DNA of 64,000 nucleotides from the human T2T-CHM13v2.0 reference genome, Homo sapiens: assembly GCF_009914755.1 (NCBI RefSeq), contig NC_060931.1. The stretch is one strand, 5' to 3'. The notes beneath the pieces are model-generated. The model ran no database searches and had not been told where the DNA came from. It saw only the letters and a program-made list of their open reading frames with translations. This document shows, in pieces, positions 1 to 13,788 of the stretch (its first letter is position 1; the number at the start of each line of letters is the position of its first letter). The translations under genes and the position numbers were made by a program.

Positions 1-3000
1 TACGTAATGCCCTTTTTGTCCTTTTTGATCTTTGTTGGTTTAAAGTCTGTTTTATCAGAGACTAGGATTGCAACCTCTGCTTTTTTTTTTTTTTTTTTTT
101 TTTTTTTGCTTTCCATTTGCTTGGTAAATATTCCTCCATCCCTTTATTTTGAGCCTATGTGTGTCTTCGCACTTGAGATGGCTCTCTTGAATATAGCATA
201 CTGATGGGCCTTGACTGTTTATCCAATTTGCCAGTCTGTGTCTTTTAATTGGGGCATTTAGCCCATTTACATTTAAGGTTAATATTGTTACGTGTGACTT
301 TTATCCTGTCATTATGATCTAGCTGGTTATTCTGCCAGTTAATTATTGAAGTTTTTTTCATAGTGTTGATGGTCTTTACAATTTGGTATGTTTTTGCAGT
401 GGTTGGTACTGATTTTTCCTTTCCTTGTTTAGTGCTTCCTTCAGTATCTCTTGTAAGGCAGGCCTAGTGGTGCTGGTGCCAAAATCCCTCAGCATTTGCT
501 TGACTGTAAAGGATTTTATTTCTCCTTCACTTAAGAAGTTTAGTTTGGCTGGGTTGAAATTCTGGGTTGAAAATTCTTCTCTTTAAGAATGTTGAGTATT
601 GGCCTCCACTCTCTTTGGTTTGTAGGGTTTCTGCAGAGAGATCTGCTGTTAGTCTGATGGGCTTCCCTTTGTGGGTAACTTGACCTTTCTCTCTGGCTGT
701 CCTTAACATTTTTTTTCTCCATTTCAACCTTGGTGAATCTGACGATTATATGTCTTGGGGTTGCTCTTCTTGAGGAGTATCTTTGTGGTGTTCTCTGTAT
801 TTCCTGAATTTGAATGTTGGCCTGTCTTGCTAGATTGGGGAAGTTCTCCTGGATAATATCCTGAAGAGTGTTTTCCAACTTGGTCAGGTCGTTTATGTTC
901 TTTTCTAAACTGGCTATTCTAGTTAACATTTCCTCTAACCTTTTTTCAAGGTTCTCAGCTTCCTTGCCTTGGGTTAGAACATGCTCTTTTAGCTCAGAGG
1001 AGTTTGTTACCCATCTTCTGAAGCCTACTGCTATCAATTCGTCAAACTCATTCTCCATCCAGTTTTGTTCCCTTGCTGGCGAGGAGTTGTGATCCTTTGG
1101 AGGAGAAGAGGTCTTCTGGATTTTGGAATTTTCGGCCTTTTTGCACTGGTTTTTCCTTATCTCTGTGGTCTTTGGTCTTTGATGTTGGTGAAGTTCGGAT
1201 GGAGTTTCTGTGTGGAAATCCTTTTGGTTGATGTTGATGCTATTCCTTTCTGTTTGTTAGTTTTGCTTCTAACAGTCAGGCCCCTCTGCTGCAGGTCTGC
1301 TGGAGTTCACTGGAGGTGTACTCTAGACTCTGTTTGTCTAGGTTTCACCAGTGGAGGCTGCAGAAAAGCAGAGATTGCTGCCTGTTCCTGTTTCTGGAAG
1401 CTTAATCCCAGGGGGGCACCTGCCACATGCCAGTTGTAGCTCTTCTCTATGAGGTGTCTGTTGACCCCTGCTGGAAAGTGTCTCCCAGTCAGGAGGCACA
1501 GGGGTCAGTGATCCACTTGAGGAGGCAGTCTGTCCCTTAGCAGAGCTCGAGTGCTGTGCTGCAGGATCTGCTGCTCTCTTCAGTGCTGGCAGGCAGGAGT
1601 GTTTAAGTCTGCTGAAGCTGCACCCACAGCCACTCCTTCCCCTAGGTGCTGTCCCTGGGAGATAGGAGTTTGATCTATAAGCTCCAGACTGGAGCTGCTG
1701 CTTTTCTTTCAGAGATGCCCTGCCCAGAGAGGAGTAATCTAGAGAGGCAGTCTGGCTACAGTGACTTCATGGAGCTGCAGCGGGCTCCGCCAAGTTCAAA
1801 CTCCCCAGTGGCTTTGTTTACACTGTCTGGGGAAAACTGCCTACTCAAGCCTCAGTAATGGCAGATGTCCCTACCCCCATCAAGCTTGAGCATCCCAGGT
1901 TGACTTCAGACTGCTGTGCTGGCAGGAAGAATTTCAAGCCAGTGGGTCTTAACTTGCTGGGATCCATGCGGGTGGGATCTGCTGAGCTAGACCACTTGGC
2001 TCCCTGGCTCCAGCCCCCTTTCCAGGGGAGTGAAACAGTTCTATCTCACTGGCTTTCCAGGCGCCACTGGGGTATGACAGAAACTCCTGCAGCTAGCTCG
2101 GTGTCTGCCCAAAAGGCCTCCCAGTTTTGTGCTTGAAACCCAGGGCCCTTGTGGCGTAGGTGAGAGGTGACAGCATGCTGGCAGCCTTCACAGCTCTCAC
2201 TCCCTCTCGGCGCCTCCTCTCCCTGGGCTCCCACTTTGGTGGCACTTGAGGAGCCCTTCAGCCCACTGCTGCACTGTGGGAGCCCCTTTCTGGGCTGGCC
2301 AAGGCCAGAGCTGGCTCCCTCAGCTTGCAGAGAGGTGTGGAGGGAGAGGTGCAAGCGGGAACCTGGGATGCGCACAGTGCTTGTGGGCCAGCTGGAGTTC
2401 CGGGTGGGCGTGGGCTTGGCGGGCCCTGCACTGGGAGCGGCAGGCTGGCCCTGCTGGCCCCGGGCAATGAGGAGCTTAGCACCCAGGCCAGCAGCTGCAG
2501 AGGGTGTGCTGGGTCCCCCAGCAGTGCTGGCCCACTGGCACTGCGCTGGATTTCTCGCCGGGCCTTAGCTGCCTTCCCATGGGGCAGGGCTCGGGACCTG
2601 CAGCCCACCATGCCTGAGTCTCCCCCGCTCTCCGTGGGCTCCTGTGCAGCCCAAGCCTCCCCAATGAGTGCTGCCCCCTGCTCCATGGTGCCCAGTCCTA
2701 TCGACCACCCAAGGGCTGAGGAGTGCAGGCGCATGGCGTGGGACTGGCAGGCAGCTCCACCTGCGGCCCGTGTGCAGGATCCACTGTGTGAAGCCAGCTG
2801 GGCTCCTGACTGGTAGGGACTTGGAGAACCTTTATGTCTAGCTCAGGGATTGTAAATACACCAATCGGCACTCTATAACTAGCTCAAGTTTTGTAAACAC
2901 ACTAATCAGCATCCTGTGTCTAGCTCAGGGTTTGTGAATGCACCAATCTACACTGTATCTAGCTACTCTGGTGTGGACTTGGAGAATCTTTGTGTGGACC

Positions 3001-3814
3001 CTCTGTATGTAGCTAATCTGGTGGGGACGTGGAGAACCTTTGTGTCTAGCTCAGGGATTGTAAACACACCAATCAGCGCCCTGTCAAAACAGACCACTTG
3101 GCTCTACCAATCAGCAGGATGTGGGTGGGGCCAGATAAGAGAATAAAAGCAGGCTGCCCGAGCCAGCAGTGGCAACCCGCTAGGGTCCCCTTCCACATTG
3201 TGGAAGCTTTGTTCTTTCGCTCTTTGCAAGAAATCTTGCTGCTGCTCACTCTTTGGGTCCACACTGCCTTTATGAGCTGTAACACTCAACCGCAAAGGTC
3301 TGCAGCTTCACTCCTAAAGCCAGCGAGACCACGAACCCACCAGAAGGAAGAAAGTCTGAACACATCCGAACATCAGAAGGAACAAACTCCAGACATGCCA
3401 CCTTTAAGAACTGTAACACTCACCGTGAGGGTCCACGGCTTCATTCTTGAAGTCAGTGAGACCAAGAACCCACCAATTCCAGAAACATAGGCACTGGAGG
3501 GAATTTCCTGGTCTGTGGGTTGTGGAGACCATGGGAACAGCGTAGTACCTGGACTGTAGTGCGCCATTCCTCATGGCACCGTCCCTCACAGCTTCCCTTG
3601 GCTAGGGGATGGAGTTCTCTGACCCTTTTTGCTTCCCAGGTGAGGTGACACCCCACCCTGCTTTGGCTCACCCTCTGTGGGCTGCACCCACTGTCTAACC
3701 AGGGAGATGAGTTGGGTACCTCAGTTGGAAATGCAGAAATCACCCACCTTCTGCATTGATCTTGCTGCAAGCTGCAAACCTGAACTGTCCCTATTTAGCC
3801 ATTTTGCCAGCCCC
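1..3814 (-). mobile_element. L1 (L1PA7-like) 5' part: 5'UTR, ORF1 and start of ORF2, truncated by the window edge and interrupted by LTR12C
   Basis: Minus-strand ORF1 peptide MENEFDEL...QENFPNLARQANIQIQEIQRTPQRYSSRRATPRHII (540-1058). The 5' end (rc GGGGCTGGCAAAATGGCT) near 3814 matches the L1 at 17.7 kb. Confidence 0.93.
2161..3487 (+). mobile_element. Solo LTR12C-type (ERV9) LTR
   Basis: Begins TGAGAGGTGACAGC and ends CCAATTCCAGAAACA. GC-rich U3, CCAATC/CTAGCTCAGGG tandem units, 4-bp TSD TAGG (2157-2160 / 3488-3491). Confidence 0.93.
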
Positions 3815-3831
3815 AAAAAAACAGGTGATCC

Positions 3832-4123
3832 TTTTTTTTTTTCAGATGGTGTCTCCCTCTGTTACCCAGGCTGAAGAGCAGTGGGGCAATATCGGCTCAC
3901 TGCAACTTCTGCCTCCTGCGTTCAAGTGAATCTCCCACCTCAGCCTCCTGAATAGCTGGGATTACAGGCACCCACCATCATGCCCGGCTAATCTTTCTAT
4001 TTTTGTAGAGATGGGGTTTCACCATGTTGGCCAGGCTGGTCTTGAACTTCTGACATGAGGTGATCTGCTCACCTCAGTCTCCCAAAATGCTGGGATTACA
4101 GGAGTGAGCCACCAGACCCGGCC
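3832..4123 (-). mobile_element. Alu (AluS-like)
   Basis: Poly-T followed by a reverse-complement Alu dimer ending CCCGGCC. Confidence 0.92.
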
Positions 4124-4799
4124 TATTTTTGAGCTTTAAAATTTGATGGCCCTGCTGGATTTCAGACTTGCATGGGCCCTGTAAGCCCTTTGTTTTGGCC
4201 AATTTCTTCCATTGGAATGGTGTATTTACCCAATACCTCTACTCCCATCATATTAGGAAGTAACTAGCTTGCTTTTGATTTTACAGGCTCATAGGCAAAA
4301 GGGACTTGCTTTGTCTCAGAAGAGACCATCAAATGTGGACTTTTGGGTTAATGCTGAAATGAGTTAAGACTTTGGGAGACTGTTGGGAAAGCGTGATTGG
4401 TTTTGAAAACTGATGACATGAAATTTGGAGGGGCCAGGAGCAGAATTATATGGTTTGGCTGTTTCCCCACCCAAATCTCAACTTGAACTGTATCTCCCAT
4501 AATTTCCACATGTTGTGGGAGGGAGCCAGGGGGAGGTAATTGAATCATGGGAACTGGTCTTTCTCATGCTATTCTCATGATAGTGAATAAATCTCATGAG
4601 ATCTGGTGGGTTTATTAGGGGTTTCTGCTTTTGCTTCTTCCTCATTTTCTCTTGCCATCACCATGTAAGAAGTGCCTTTCACCTCCTGCCATGATTCTGA
4701 GGGCTTCCCAGCCATGTGGAACTTTAAGTCCAATAAAACCTCTTTTTCTTCCCAGTCTTGGGTATGTCTTTATCAGGAACACGAAAATGGACTAATACA
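4124..4799 (+). mobile_element. THE1 (MaLR) internal 3' fragment plus LTR (4446-4799)
   Basis: GGAGGGGCCAGGAGCAGAA polypurine tract, then TATATGGTTTGGCTGT...AATAAA...CTAATACA. Homologous to the THE1 at 11.5-13.8 kb. Confidence 0.85.
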
Positions 4800-4800
4800 C

Positions 4801-5850
4801 CTACTTTTGTGTGAACCCAGCCAGAGAGCACAGCTTCCTGCTGTCCTGGGAAGCACCTGGATAGCTGGGCATGTGATCCTACCCACCTCTGTTATTGATA
4901 GCCAGGGAGGTGATGCTTGCTAGAGCTTCTGGCTCAGTAGGCCACTTCTGTGTGAACTCTGCTGGAGGGCATAGATTCCTGCTGTTCCAGGAAACACCTA
5001 CATGGCAGGGCACATTACCCCACCCAACCACACTATTGATAGCCAGGCAGACAACTCTTGCTAGAGATTCTGGTCCAGTGGCTTTGTTTCTGTGTGAACT
5101 CAACTGGAGGGTGCAGCTGCCAACTGTCAGAGGAAATACCCAGATGGCAGAGCACGTGACCCCACTTACACCACCATTGATAGCCAGGCAGGCAATGCCT
5201 TCTAGAACATTGAGCCCAGCAGCCCCACTTCTATGTGAGCTCAACTAGAGGGAGCAGCTTCTTGCTGTCCTGGGAAGCATGTATATGGCAGAGCATGTGA
5301 CCCCACCCACCCCTGCCACTGGTAGCCAGGAAGGCAACACCTGATGGAGTTTTTGGATCAGTGGCCCCACCTCTGTGTGAGTTCAGCTATAGGGCACAGC
5401 TTCCTGTTGTCCCAGTAAACACCTGGACAGCAGCACACGTGACCCCACACCTCTGCCACTGGTAGCCAGGCAGGGAACACCTGCTAGAGCTTCCGGCTCA
5501 GTGGCCTCACTTCTATGGGAATTCAGCTGGTGGATGCAGCCTCCTGTTGTCCCAGGAAGCACCTAGATGGCAGGACAGGTGTTTGCACCCACTGCCACTG
5601 CTGGTAGCCAGGTGAGCCATGCCTGCTAGAACTTCTGGCCCAGCAGTCCTACTTCTGCCTGAAATTGCAGAGAGGCACAGTCCCCCTGTTGCCCTGGACA
5701 CCCTGTGATCACAGGGTAGGCAATTTCACCCACCCCTACCTCCCACAGCCAGACAGGCCACACCTGTGAGAGCTTCCAACCCAGCAGTCCCACTTTTGCC
5801 AGAACTCTGTAGGGGGTGCAACCCTGTGTTTCTCCGGGAAGCACACAGAC
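4801..5850 (+). repeat. ~141-bp tandem monomers (~7 copies) forming the L1PB-type 5'UTR
   Basis: Motif C(C/T)ACTTCTGTGTGAACTC recurs at about 4801, 4942, 5084, 5225, 5367, 5507, 5649 and 5791. Confidence 0.8.
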
Positions 5851-7058
5851 AGCAGATTAAGGCCAACCTGGCAAGGATACATCTTGTATGCCAACTGTGG
5901 CCCCTGCCTGATGGAGCCCCATAGACCAGAACACTCAAAAGAAGAAATGTTGGCACAGACAGTAATTGGATGGGACTCCTCCAAGATCCAAGAGCAGACT
6001 AGAATCAAAACCAATCAACCAAGCCTACCATATACCATAATCTAACCCCCAAGGGCATCAAAGAAGAAAGAAGAAAAAAAAATCCATCCAAAGATGGCAA
6101 CTTCAAAGTAGAAGGAATATCAGCCTACACAGATGAGAAGGAATCAGCACAAGAATGGAAGTATTAGCAGCAGAATGGACAAAGCTGAGGAAATAATCTC
6201 AGAACTTAAAGACTGGCTTTCTGAAATAAGACAGTCAGACAAATTTTTTTAAAAAACAGAAAAGAAAGGAATGAACAAAACCCCTGAGAAATACGGTATT
6301 ATGTAAAGAGACCAAATCCATGACTCATTAGTGTTCCAGAAAGAGAAGGGGAGAAACTAAGAAATTTAGGAAACATATTTCAGGATATAACATGAAAACT
6401 TTCCCAACCTCACTAGAAAGGTCATCATTCAAATTCAGGAAATGCAGAGAACCCCTGAAAGATACTATGCAAGAAGACCATCCCCAAGAAACATACTCAT
6501 CATATTCTCCAAGGTTGAAATAAAAGAAAAAATGTTAAAGGCAGCTAGAGAAAAAGGGCAGATCATCTACAAAGGGAATCCTATGAGGCTAAAAGTAGAC
6601 CTTTCAGCAGAAACCCTACAAGCCAAAAGAGATTGGGGTCCTATATTCAACATTTTTAAGGAAAAAAAAGTCTCAAACCAAGAATTTCATATCTGGCCAA
6701 ACTAAGTTTCAAAAGTGAAAGAGAAATACAATCCTTATCAGACAAGCAAATGCTGAGGAAATTCATTACCACCAGACCTGCCCTACAAGTGCTCCTGAAA
6801 GGAGCGCTAAATAGGAAAGACCATTACCAGCTGCTATAAAAACACACTTAAATACACAGACCAGTGACACTACAAAGCAACCACACAAACAGATCTGCAT
6901 AACTAGCTAACAACATGATGACAGAATCAAATTTGCACAGATGAATATTAACCTTGAATGTAAATGGGCTAAATGCCCCAATTAAAAAGCACAGAGTGGC
7001 AAGCTGAATAAAGAAGAAAGACCCAGTGTTACACTGTCTTCCAGAGACCCATCTTGGG

Positions 7059-7369
7059 GGCTGGGTGTGGTGGCTCACACCTGTAATCCCAGCACTTTGG
7101 GAGTACAAGGCGGGTGGATCACCTGAGGTCGGGAGTTTGAGCCCAGCTTGGCCAACATGGCAAGACTCCATCTCTACTAAAAATACAAAAATTAGCCAGG
7201 CATGGTGGCACACACCTCTAATCCCAGCTACTCAGGAGGCTGAGGTGGGAGAATTCCTTGGATCTTGGAGGTGGAGGCTGCAGTGAGCTGAGATCTGCCA
7301 CTGCACTCCAACCTGGGCAAAGAGTGGGGTTCTGTCTCAAAAAAAAAAAAAAAAGAGAGAGAGAAAGAG
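7059..7369 (+). mobile_element. Alu (AluS-like) inserted in L1
   Basis: Alu dimer with A/GA tail; TSD AGAGACCCAT on both sides. Confidence 0.93.
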
Positions 7370-7865
7370 AGAGACCCATTTCACATGCAATGACAGAAAA
7401 CAGAAAAAAGCATGGGATGCAATCTTAATTTCAGACAAAACAGACTTTAAACCAACAAAGATTAAAACATAAAGGAAAGGCGTTCATTATATAATAGTAA
7501 TGGGTTCAATTCAATAAGAAGACCAAACTATCCCAAATATATACACACCCAACACAGGAGCACACAGATTCATAAAGCAAGTTCTTAGAGACCTACAAAG
7601 AGACTTAAATTTCCACACAATAATAGTGTGAGACTTCAACACCCCACTGACCATATTAGATAGATCATTGAGGGAGAAAATTAACAAAGATATTCAGGAC
7701 CTGTACTCAACACTTGAACAAATGGACTTAATAGGCATCTACAGAATTTTCCACCCCAAAACAACAGAACATACATTCTTCTCATTGCCACATGGAACAT
7801 ACTCCAGAATTGGCCACACAACAGTACATAAAGCAATACTTGGCAAAGTCAAAAAAATCAAAATT

Positions 7866-8179
<314 letters not shown>

Positions 8180-9601
8180 TTACACTCTTGGGGCACAACA
8201 CAATAAAAATAGAAATTAATACTAAGAAAATCACTCAAAACCATACAATAACATGGGAATTAAACCACCTGCTCTTTAATGACTTTTAGGTGAACAATAA
8301 AATTAAGGTGGAAATAAAAAAAAATGAAACTAATGAGAACAAAGATACAACATACCAAAACCTCTGGGACACTGATAAGGCAATGTTAAGAGGGAAGTTT
8401 ATAGCACTAAATGCCCACACCAGAAAGTCAAAAAGATCTCAAATTAACAACCTAACATCACAAGTAGACGAACTAGAGAAGCAAGAGCAAATCAACCCCA
8501 AAGCTAGCAGAAGACAAGAAATGACCAAAATTAGAGCTGAACTGAAGGACATTAACAATTTTTTTAAAAATTTAAAGGATCAATAAATCCAGGAGTTTTT
8601 TTGAAAAAAATAATAAAATAGACCACTAGCTAGACTAACAAAAAAGAAGAGAGAAAATCCAAATAAACACATTAGAAATGAAAAAGGGGATATTACCACT
8701 TACCCCACAGAAATACAAATAACCATCAGGAAATATTATGAACACCTGTATGTACACAAACTAGAAAACCTAGAAGAAATGGATAAATTCCTGGACGCAT
8801 ACACCCTGTCAAGACTGAACAGGAATAAATTGAATTCCTGGACAGAGCAACCAAAAAAAAAAAAAAAATGCCCAGGACCAGACAGATTCACAGCCAAATT
8901 CTACCAGATGTATAAAGAAGAGCTGGTGTTATTCCTACTGAAACTATTTTAAAAATTGAGAATGAGGGACTCCTCCCCAACTCTTTCTGTGAGACCAGAA
9001 TTATCTTGATTCTAAAACCTAATGGATACACAGCAAAAAAAGAAAACTTCAGGCCAATATCCTTAGTGAACATAGGTGCAAAAATCCTCAAGAAAAGTCA
9101 AGCAAACCTAATTCATCAGAACATCAAAAAGCTAATCCACACTATCAAGTAGGCTTTATTTCTGGAATGCAAAGTTGGTTTAATACACAAAAATCAATAA
9201 ATGTGATTCATCACACAAACAGAACTAAAAACAAAAACCACATGATTATCTCGATACAGAAAAGCCTTTTGATAAAACTCAACATTCCTTCGTGTTAAAA
9301 AAAAGAACCTCAAAAAACTAGGCATTGAAAGAACATGTCTTATAATAAGAACCATCTGTGATAAAACCACAGCCAACATAGTACTGAATGGGCAAAAGCT
9401 GAAAGCATTCCTCTTGAAAACCAGCAAGCACAAGACAAAAATGTCCTGTCTCACCACTCTTATTCAACGTAGCATTGGAATTCCTGGCCAGAGCAATCAG
9501 GCAAGAGAAAGAAATAAAAAGCATCCAAATAGGAAGAGAGGAAGTCAAACTACCCCTGTTTGCAGACAACATGATTCTATAGCTAGAAAACCCCAGAGTC
9601 T

Positions 9602-10683
9602 TATAACCACCCAATGAGTCCTTCCTTTTGGCTGCACAAATGAAATTGATGCAATGAGACTATGACATTGCAGTAAACAGAGAGTTTAATAAACACAAAG
9701 CCACACATGCCACATGGGAGATAGGGTTATTACTCGAATCAATCTTTCCAAAGGCTTGGAAGTTAGGGGTTTTTCAAATATAGTTTGGTGGGCAGGGGTC
9801 TAAGGTAGGGAGCATGCTGATTGGTTGGGTTGGAGATGAAATCATAGGGAATCAAAGCTGTCACCTTGTGCTGAGTCAGTTTCTGGGTGGGGGCCATAGA
9901 ACTGGTTGGTGGGTCCAGATGAGACTATCCAGTTGTCAGACATGCAAAAACCTCAAAAGACATCTTAAAAGACCAATTTTAGGTACTATAATGGTGGTGT
10001 TATCTACAAGAATAATTGGGAAATTGCAAATCTTATGACCTCTGGAATAATGGCTGGCAATTATTTAGAATTCAAGCCTCTCTTATCCTCCCTAACTAGG
10101 TGGCCTTTCATTTGCTATACAAGAATAGCTTAGTTTTGGGGAAGGGCTATTATTATCATTTAAACTATAAACTAAATTTCTACCAAAGCTAGCTTGGTCC
10201 ACACCTAGGAATAAGCAAAGACAGCCAACCTGTGAGATTTTAAGCAAGTTGAAGTCAGCCATGTCAGATTTCTCTTACTATCTGTATTAGTTCATTTACA
10301 TGCTGCTGATAAAGACATACCCGATACTGGGCAATTTATTAAGGAAAAAGCATTAATGGATAACTCACAGTTCCATGTGGCTGGGGAAGCCTCACAATCA
10401 TGGTGGAAGACAAGGAGGAGCAAGTCACATCTTACATGGATGGTGGCAGGCAAAGAGAGAGCTTCTGCAGGCAAACTTTCTTTTTTTAAAACCATTAGAT
10501 CTTTGAGACTCAGTCACTATCATGAGGGCAGTGCAGGAAAGACACACCCCTATAATTCAATCACCTCCCACCAGGCTCTTCTCATTACATGTGGGAACTG
10601 TGGGAGTTACAATTCAAGAGGAGATTTGGGTGGGGACACAGAGCCATACATATCACTGCCAAAATTTTGCAAAGATGATTTCA
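9602..10683 (-). mobile_element. ERV1 solo LTR (LTR8-group-like), interrupted by a THE1 LTR
   Basis: Reverse complement resembles the LTRs at 40330 and 45056 (TGAAA...TTTGCAAAATT start, GGTTA(T/C)A end); flanks GTCT/GTCC. Confidence 0.7.
10283..10655 (-). mobile_element. THE1 solo LTR
   Basis: TGTATTAGT...GCTGCTGATAAAGACATACC...CATATCA termini. Confidence 0.88.
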
Positions 10684-11491
10684 GTCCCTTCCCAAAAGCT
10701 CCTTGATCTGAAAAACAACTTTAGCAAAGTTTCAGGAAGCAAAATCAACATTCAAATATCAGTAACATTCCTGTACACAAACAACATCCAAGCTGAGAGC
10801 CAAATCAGGATTACAATTCCATTCACAACTGCCATGAAAAAGAAAAAAAAACCTAATACAGCTAACCAGGAGAGTGAATGATCTCTACAACAGTAATTAC
10901 AAAACACTGCTCATAGAAACCAGAGACAACACAAACAAATGAAAAAACATTCCATGCTCATGGTTAGGAAGAATCAACATTGTTAAAATAGCCATAGTGC
11001 CCAAAGTGATTTACAAGTTCAATGCTATTCCTTTTAAACTACCAATGACATTATTCAAAGAACTAGAAAAAAAGATTTTAAATTTTACATGGAACGTAAA
11101 AAGAGCCCAAATACCCAAGGCAATTCTAAATAAAAAGAAAAAAGCAGGAAGTGTTACATTACCCAACTTCAAACTATACTACAGAGGTACAGTAACCTAA
11201 ACAGCATAGTACTGATGCAAAAACAGATACATAGACCAATGGAACAGAATAGAGATCTCAGAAATAATGCCACACACCTAAAATCATCTGATCTTTGACA
11301 AAGTTGACAAAAACAAGCCATAGGGAAAAGACATCTCATTCAATAAATGGTGCTGGGATCACTGACTGGCCATATGCAGAAGATTGAAATTGGACCCCTA
11401 CCTTAAACCGTATATAAAAATCAGCTCAAGATGGATTTAAGACTTAAATATAAAAGCTAAAACCATTTCAAAAAATACCCTAGAAGATAAC

Positions 11492-13788
11492 TATATTAGT
11501 CCGTTTTCATGCTGCTGATAAAGGCATCCCCAAGACCGGGCAATTTACAAAAGAAAGAGCTTAAATAGACTTATAGTTCCATTTGGCTGGGAAGGCCTCA
11601 GTTATGGCAGAAGGCAAAAGGCACTCCTTACATGGCAGCAGCAACACAGAATGAGAGCCAAGAAAAAGGGGTTTCCCTTTATAAAACCATTAGATCTCTT
11701 GAGATTTATTCATTACCATGAGAACAGTATAGGAGAAACTACTCCCATGATTCAATTATCTCCCACTGGGTCCCTCCCACAACACGTGGGAATTATAGAT
11801 GGGAATTCAAGATGATATTTGGGTGGGTACACAGAGCCAAACCATATCATTCCACACCTGGCTCCTCCCAAATCTCATGTCCTCACATTTCAAAACCAAT
11901 CATGCCTTCCCTACAGTCCCCCAGAGTCTTAACTCATTTCAGCATTAACTCAAAAGTCCACAGTCCACAGTCTCATCTGAGACAAAGCATGTTCCTTCCA
12001 CCTATGAGCCTGTAAAATCAAAAGCAAGTTAGTTACTTCCAAGATACAATGAAGGTACAGACATCGGGTTAATACAGCTGTTCCAAATGGGAGAAATTGA
12101 CCAAAACAAAGAGGCTACAGGCCCCATGCAAGTCTGAAATCCAGCAGGGCAGTCAAATCTTAAAGCTCCAAAATGATGTCCTTTGAGTCCATGTCTCACA
12201 TCCAGGTCATGCTGATGCAAGAGGTGGACTCCCATGGTCTTGGGCAGCTCCAGCCCTGTGGCTTTGCAGGTTAGAGCCCTGCTCCTGGCTGCTTTTACAA
12301 GCTGGCATTGGATGTCTGTGGCTTTTCCAGGCAAATGGTGCAAGCTGTTGGTGGATCTACCATTCTGGGCCCTGGAAGATGGTGGCCCTCTTCTCACAGC
12401 TCCACTAGGTGGTGCCCCAGTAGGAACTCTGTCTGGGGGCTTCAACCTCACATTTCCCTTCTGCACTGCCCTAGCAGAGCTTCTACATGAGGGCCCCAGC
12501 CCTGCAGCAAACTTCTATCTAGGCATCCAGGTGTTTCCATACATCCTCTGAAATCTAGGCAGAGGTTCCCAAACCTCAATTCTTGACTTCTGTGCACTCA
12601 CCGGCTCAACACCACATGAAAGCTGCCAAGGCTTGTGGCTTCCACCCTCTGAAGCAGCAGCCTGAGCCATACTTTGGCCCCTTTTAGCCATGGTTGGAGT
12701 TGCTGGAACACAGGGTACCAAGTCCCTAGGCTGCACAAAGCAGGGAGTCCTGGGTTCGACCCATGAAACCATCTATTCCTCCTAGGTCTCTGGGCCTGAG
12801 ATGGGAGTGGCTGCTGTGAAGACCTCTGACGTTCCCTGGAGACATGTCTCCCATTGTCTTGGGGATTAATGTTAGGCTCCTCATTACTTTTGCAAATTTC
12901 TGCAGCCATCTTGAATTTCTCCCCAGAAAATGGGATTTTCTTTTCCATCACATTTTCAGGCTATGAATTTTCCAAACTTTTACACTCCATTTCCTTTTTA
13001 AAACTGAGTGCCTTTAAGAGTAGCCAAGTCACCTCTTGAATGCTTTGCTGCTTAGAAATTTCTTCTGCCAGACACCCTAAATCATCTCTCCCAAGTTCAA
13101 AGTTCCACAAATCTCTAGGGCAGGGGCAAAATGCTGCCAGTCTCTTTGCTAAAACATAACGAGAGTCACCTTTGCTCCAGTTCCCAACAAGTTCCTTATC
13201 TCCACCTGAGATCACCTCAGCCTGGATCTTATTGTCCATATCACTATCAGCATTTTGGGCAAAGCCATTCAACAAGTCCCTGGAAAGTTCCAAACTTTCC
13301 CACATTTACCTGTCTTCTTCTGAGTCCTCCAAACTGTTCCAACCTCGGCCTGTTACCCAGTTCCAAAGTCGCTTCCACATTTTCAGGTATCTTTTCAGCA
13401 GTGCCCCACTCCTGGTACCAATTTACTGTATTAGTCCATTTTCATGCTGCTGATAAAGACATACCTGAGACTGGGCAATTTACAAAAGAAAGAGCTTTAA
13501 TGGACTTACAGTTCCATGTAGCTGGGAAGGCCTCACAGTCATGGTGGAAGGCAAAAGATACTTCTTACATGGTAGCAGCAAGAGAGAGAATGAGAGCCAA
13601 GTGAAAGGGGTTTCTCCTTATAAAACCATTAGTTCTTGTGAGACTTATTCACTACCATGAGAACAGTATGGGAGAAACCACGCCCATGACTCAATTATCT
13701 CTCACCAGGTCCATCCCACAATACCTGGGAATATGGAAGTACAATTCAAGATGAGATTTGGGTGCAAACACAGAGCCAAATCGTATCA
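11492..13788 (-). mobile_element. Full-length THE1 (MaLR) element: LTRs 11492-11849 and 13427-13788, ~1.6-kb internal region
   Basis: Two similar ~360-bp LTRs; 5-bp TSD ATAAC/ATCAC; host L1 ORF2 resumes at 13794. Confidence 0.92.

Noticed and set aside
2046-3490. Several 100-160 aa ORFs on both strands
   Set aside because: They lie in the GC-rich LTR12C, where stop codons are rare; no protein signature.
4801-5850. Regularly spaced repeats that could suggest a CRISPR-like array
   Set aside because: Whole ~141-bp units are homologous with no unique spacers; they lead into L1 ORF1 and are 5'UTR monomers.
12029-13604. ORFs in the THE1 internal region
   Set aside because: Fragmented remnants of the common MaLR internal ORF.
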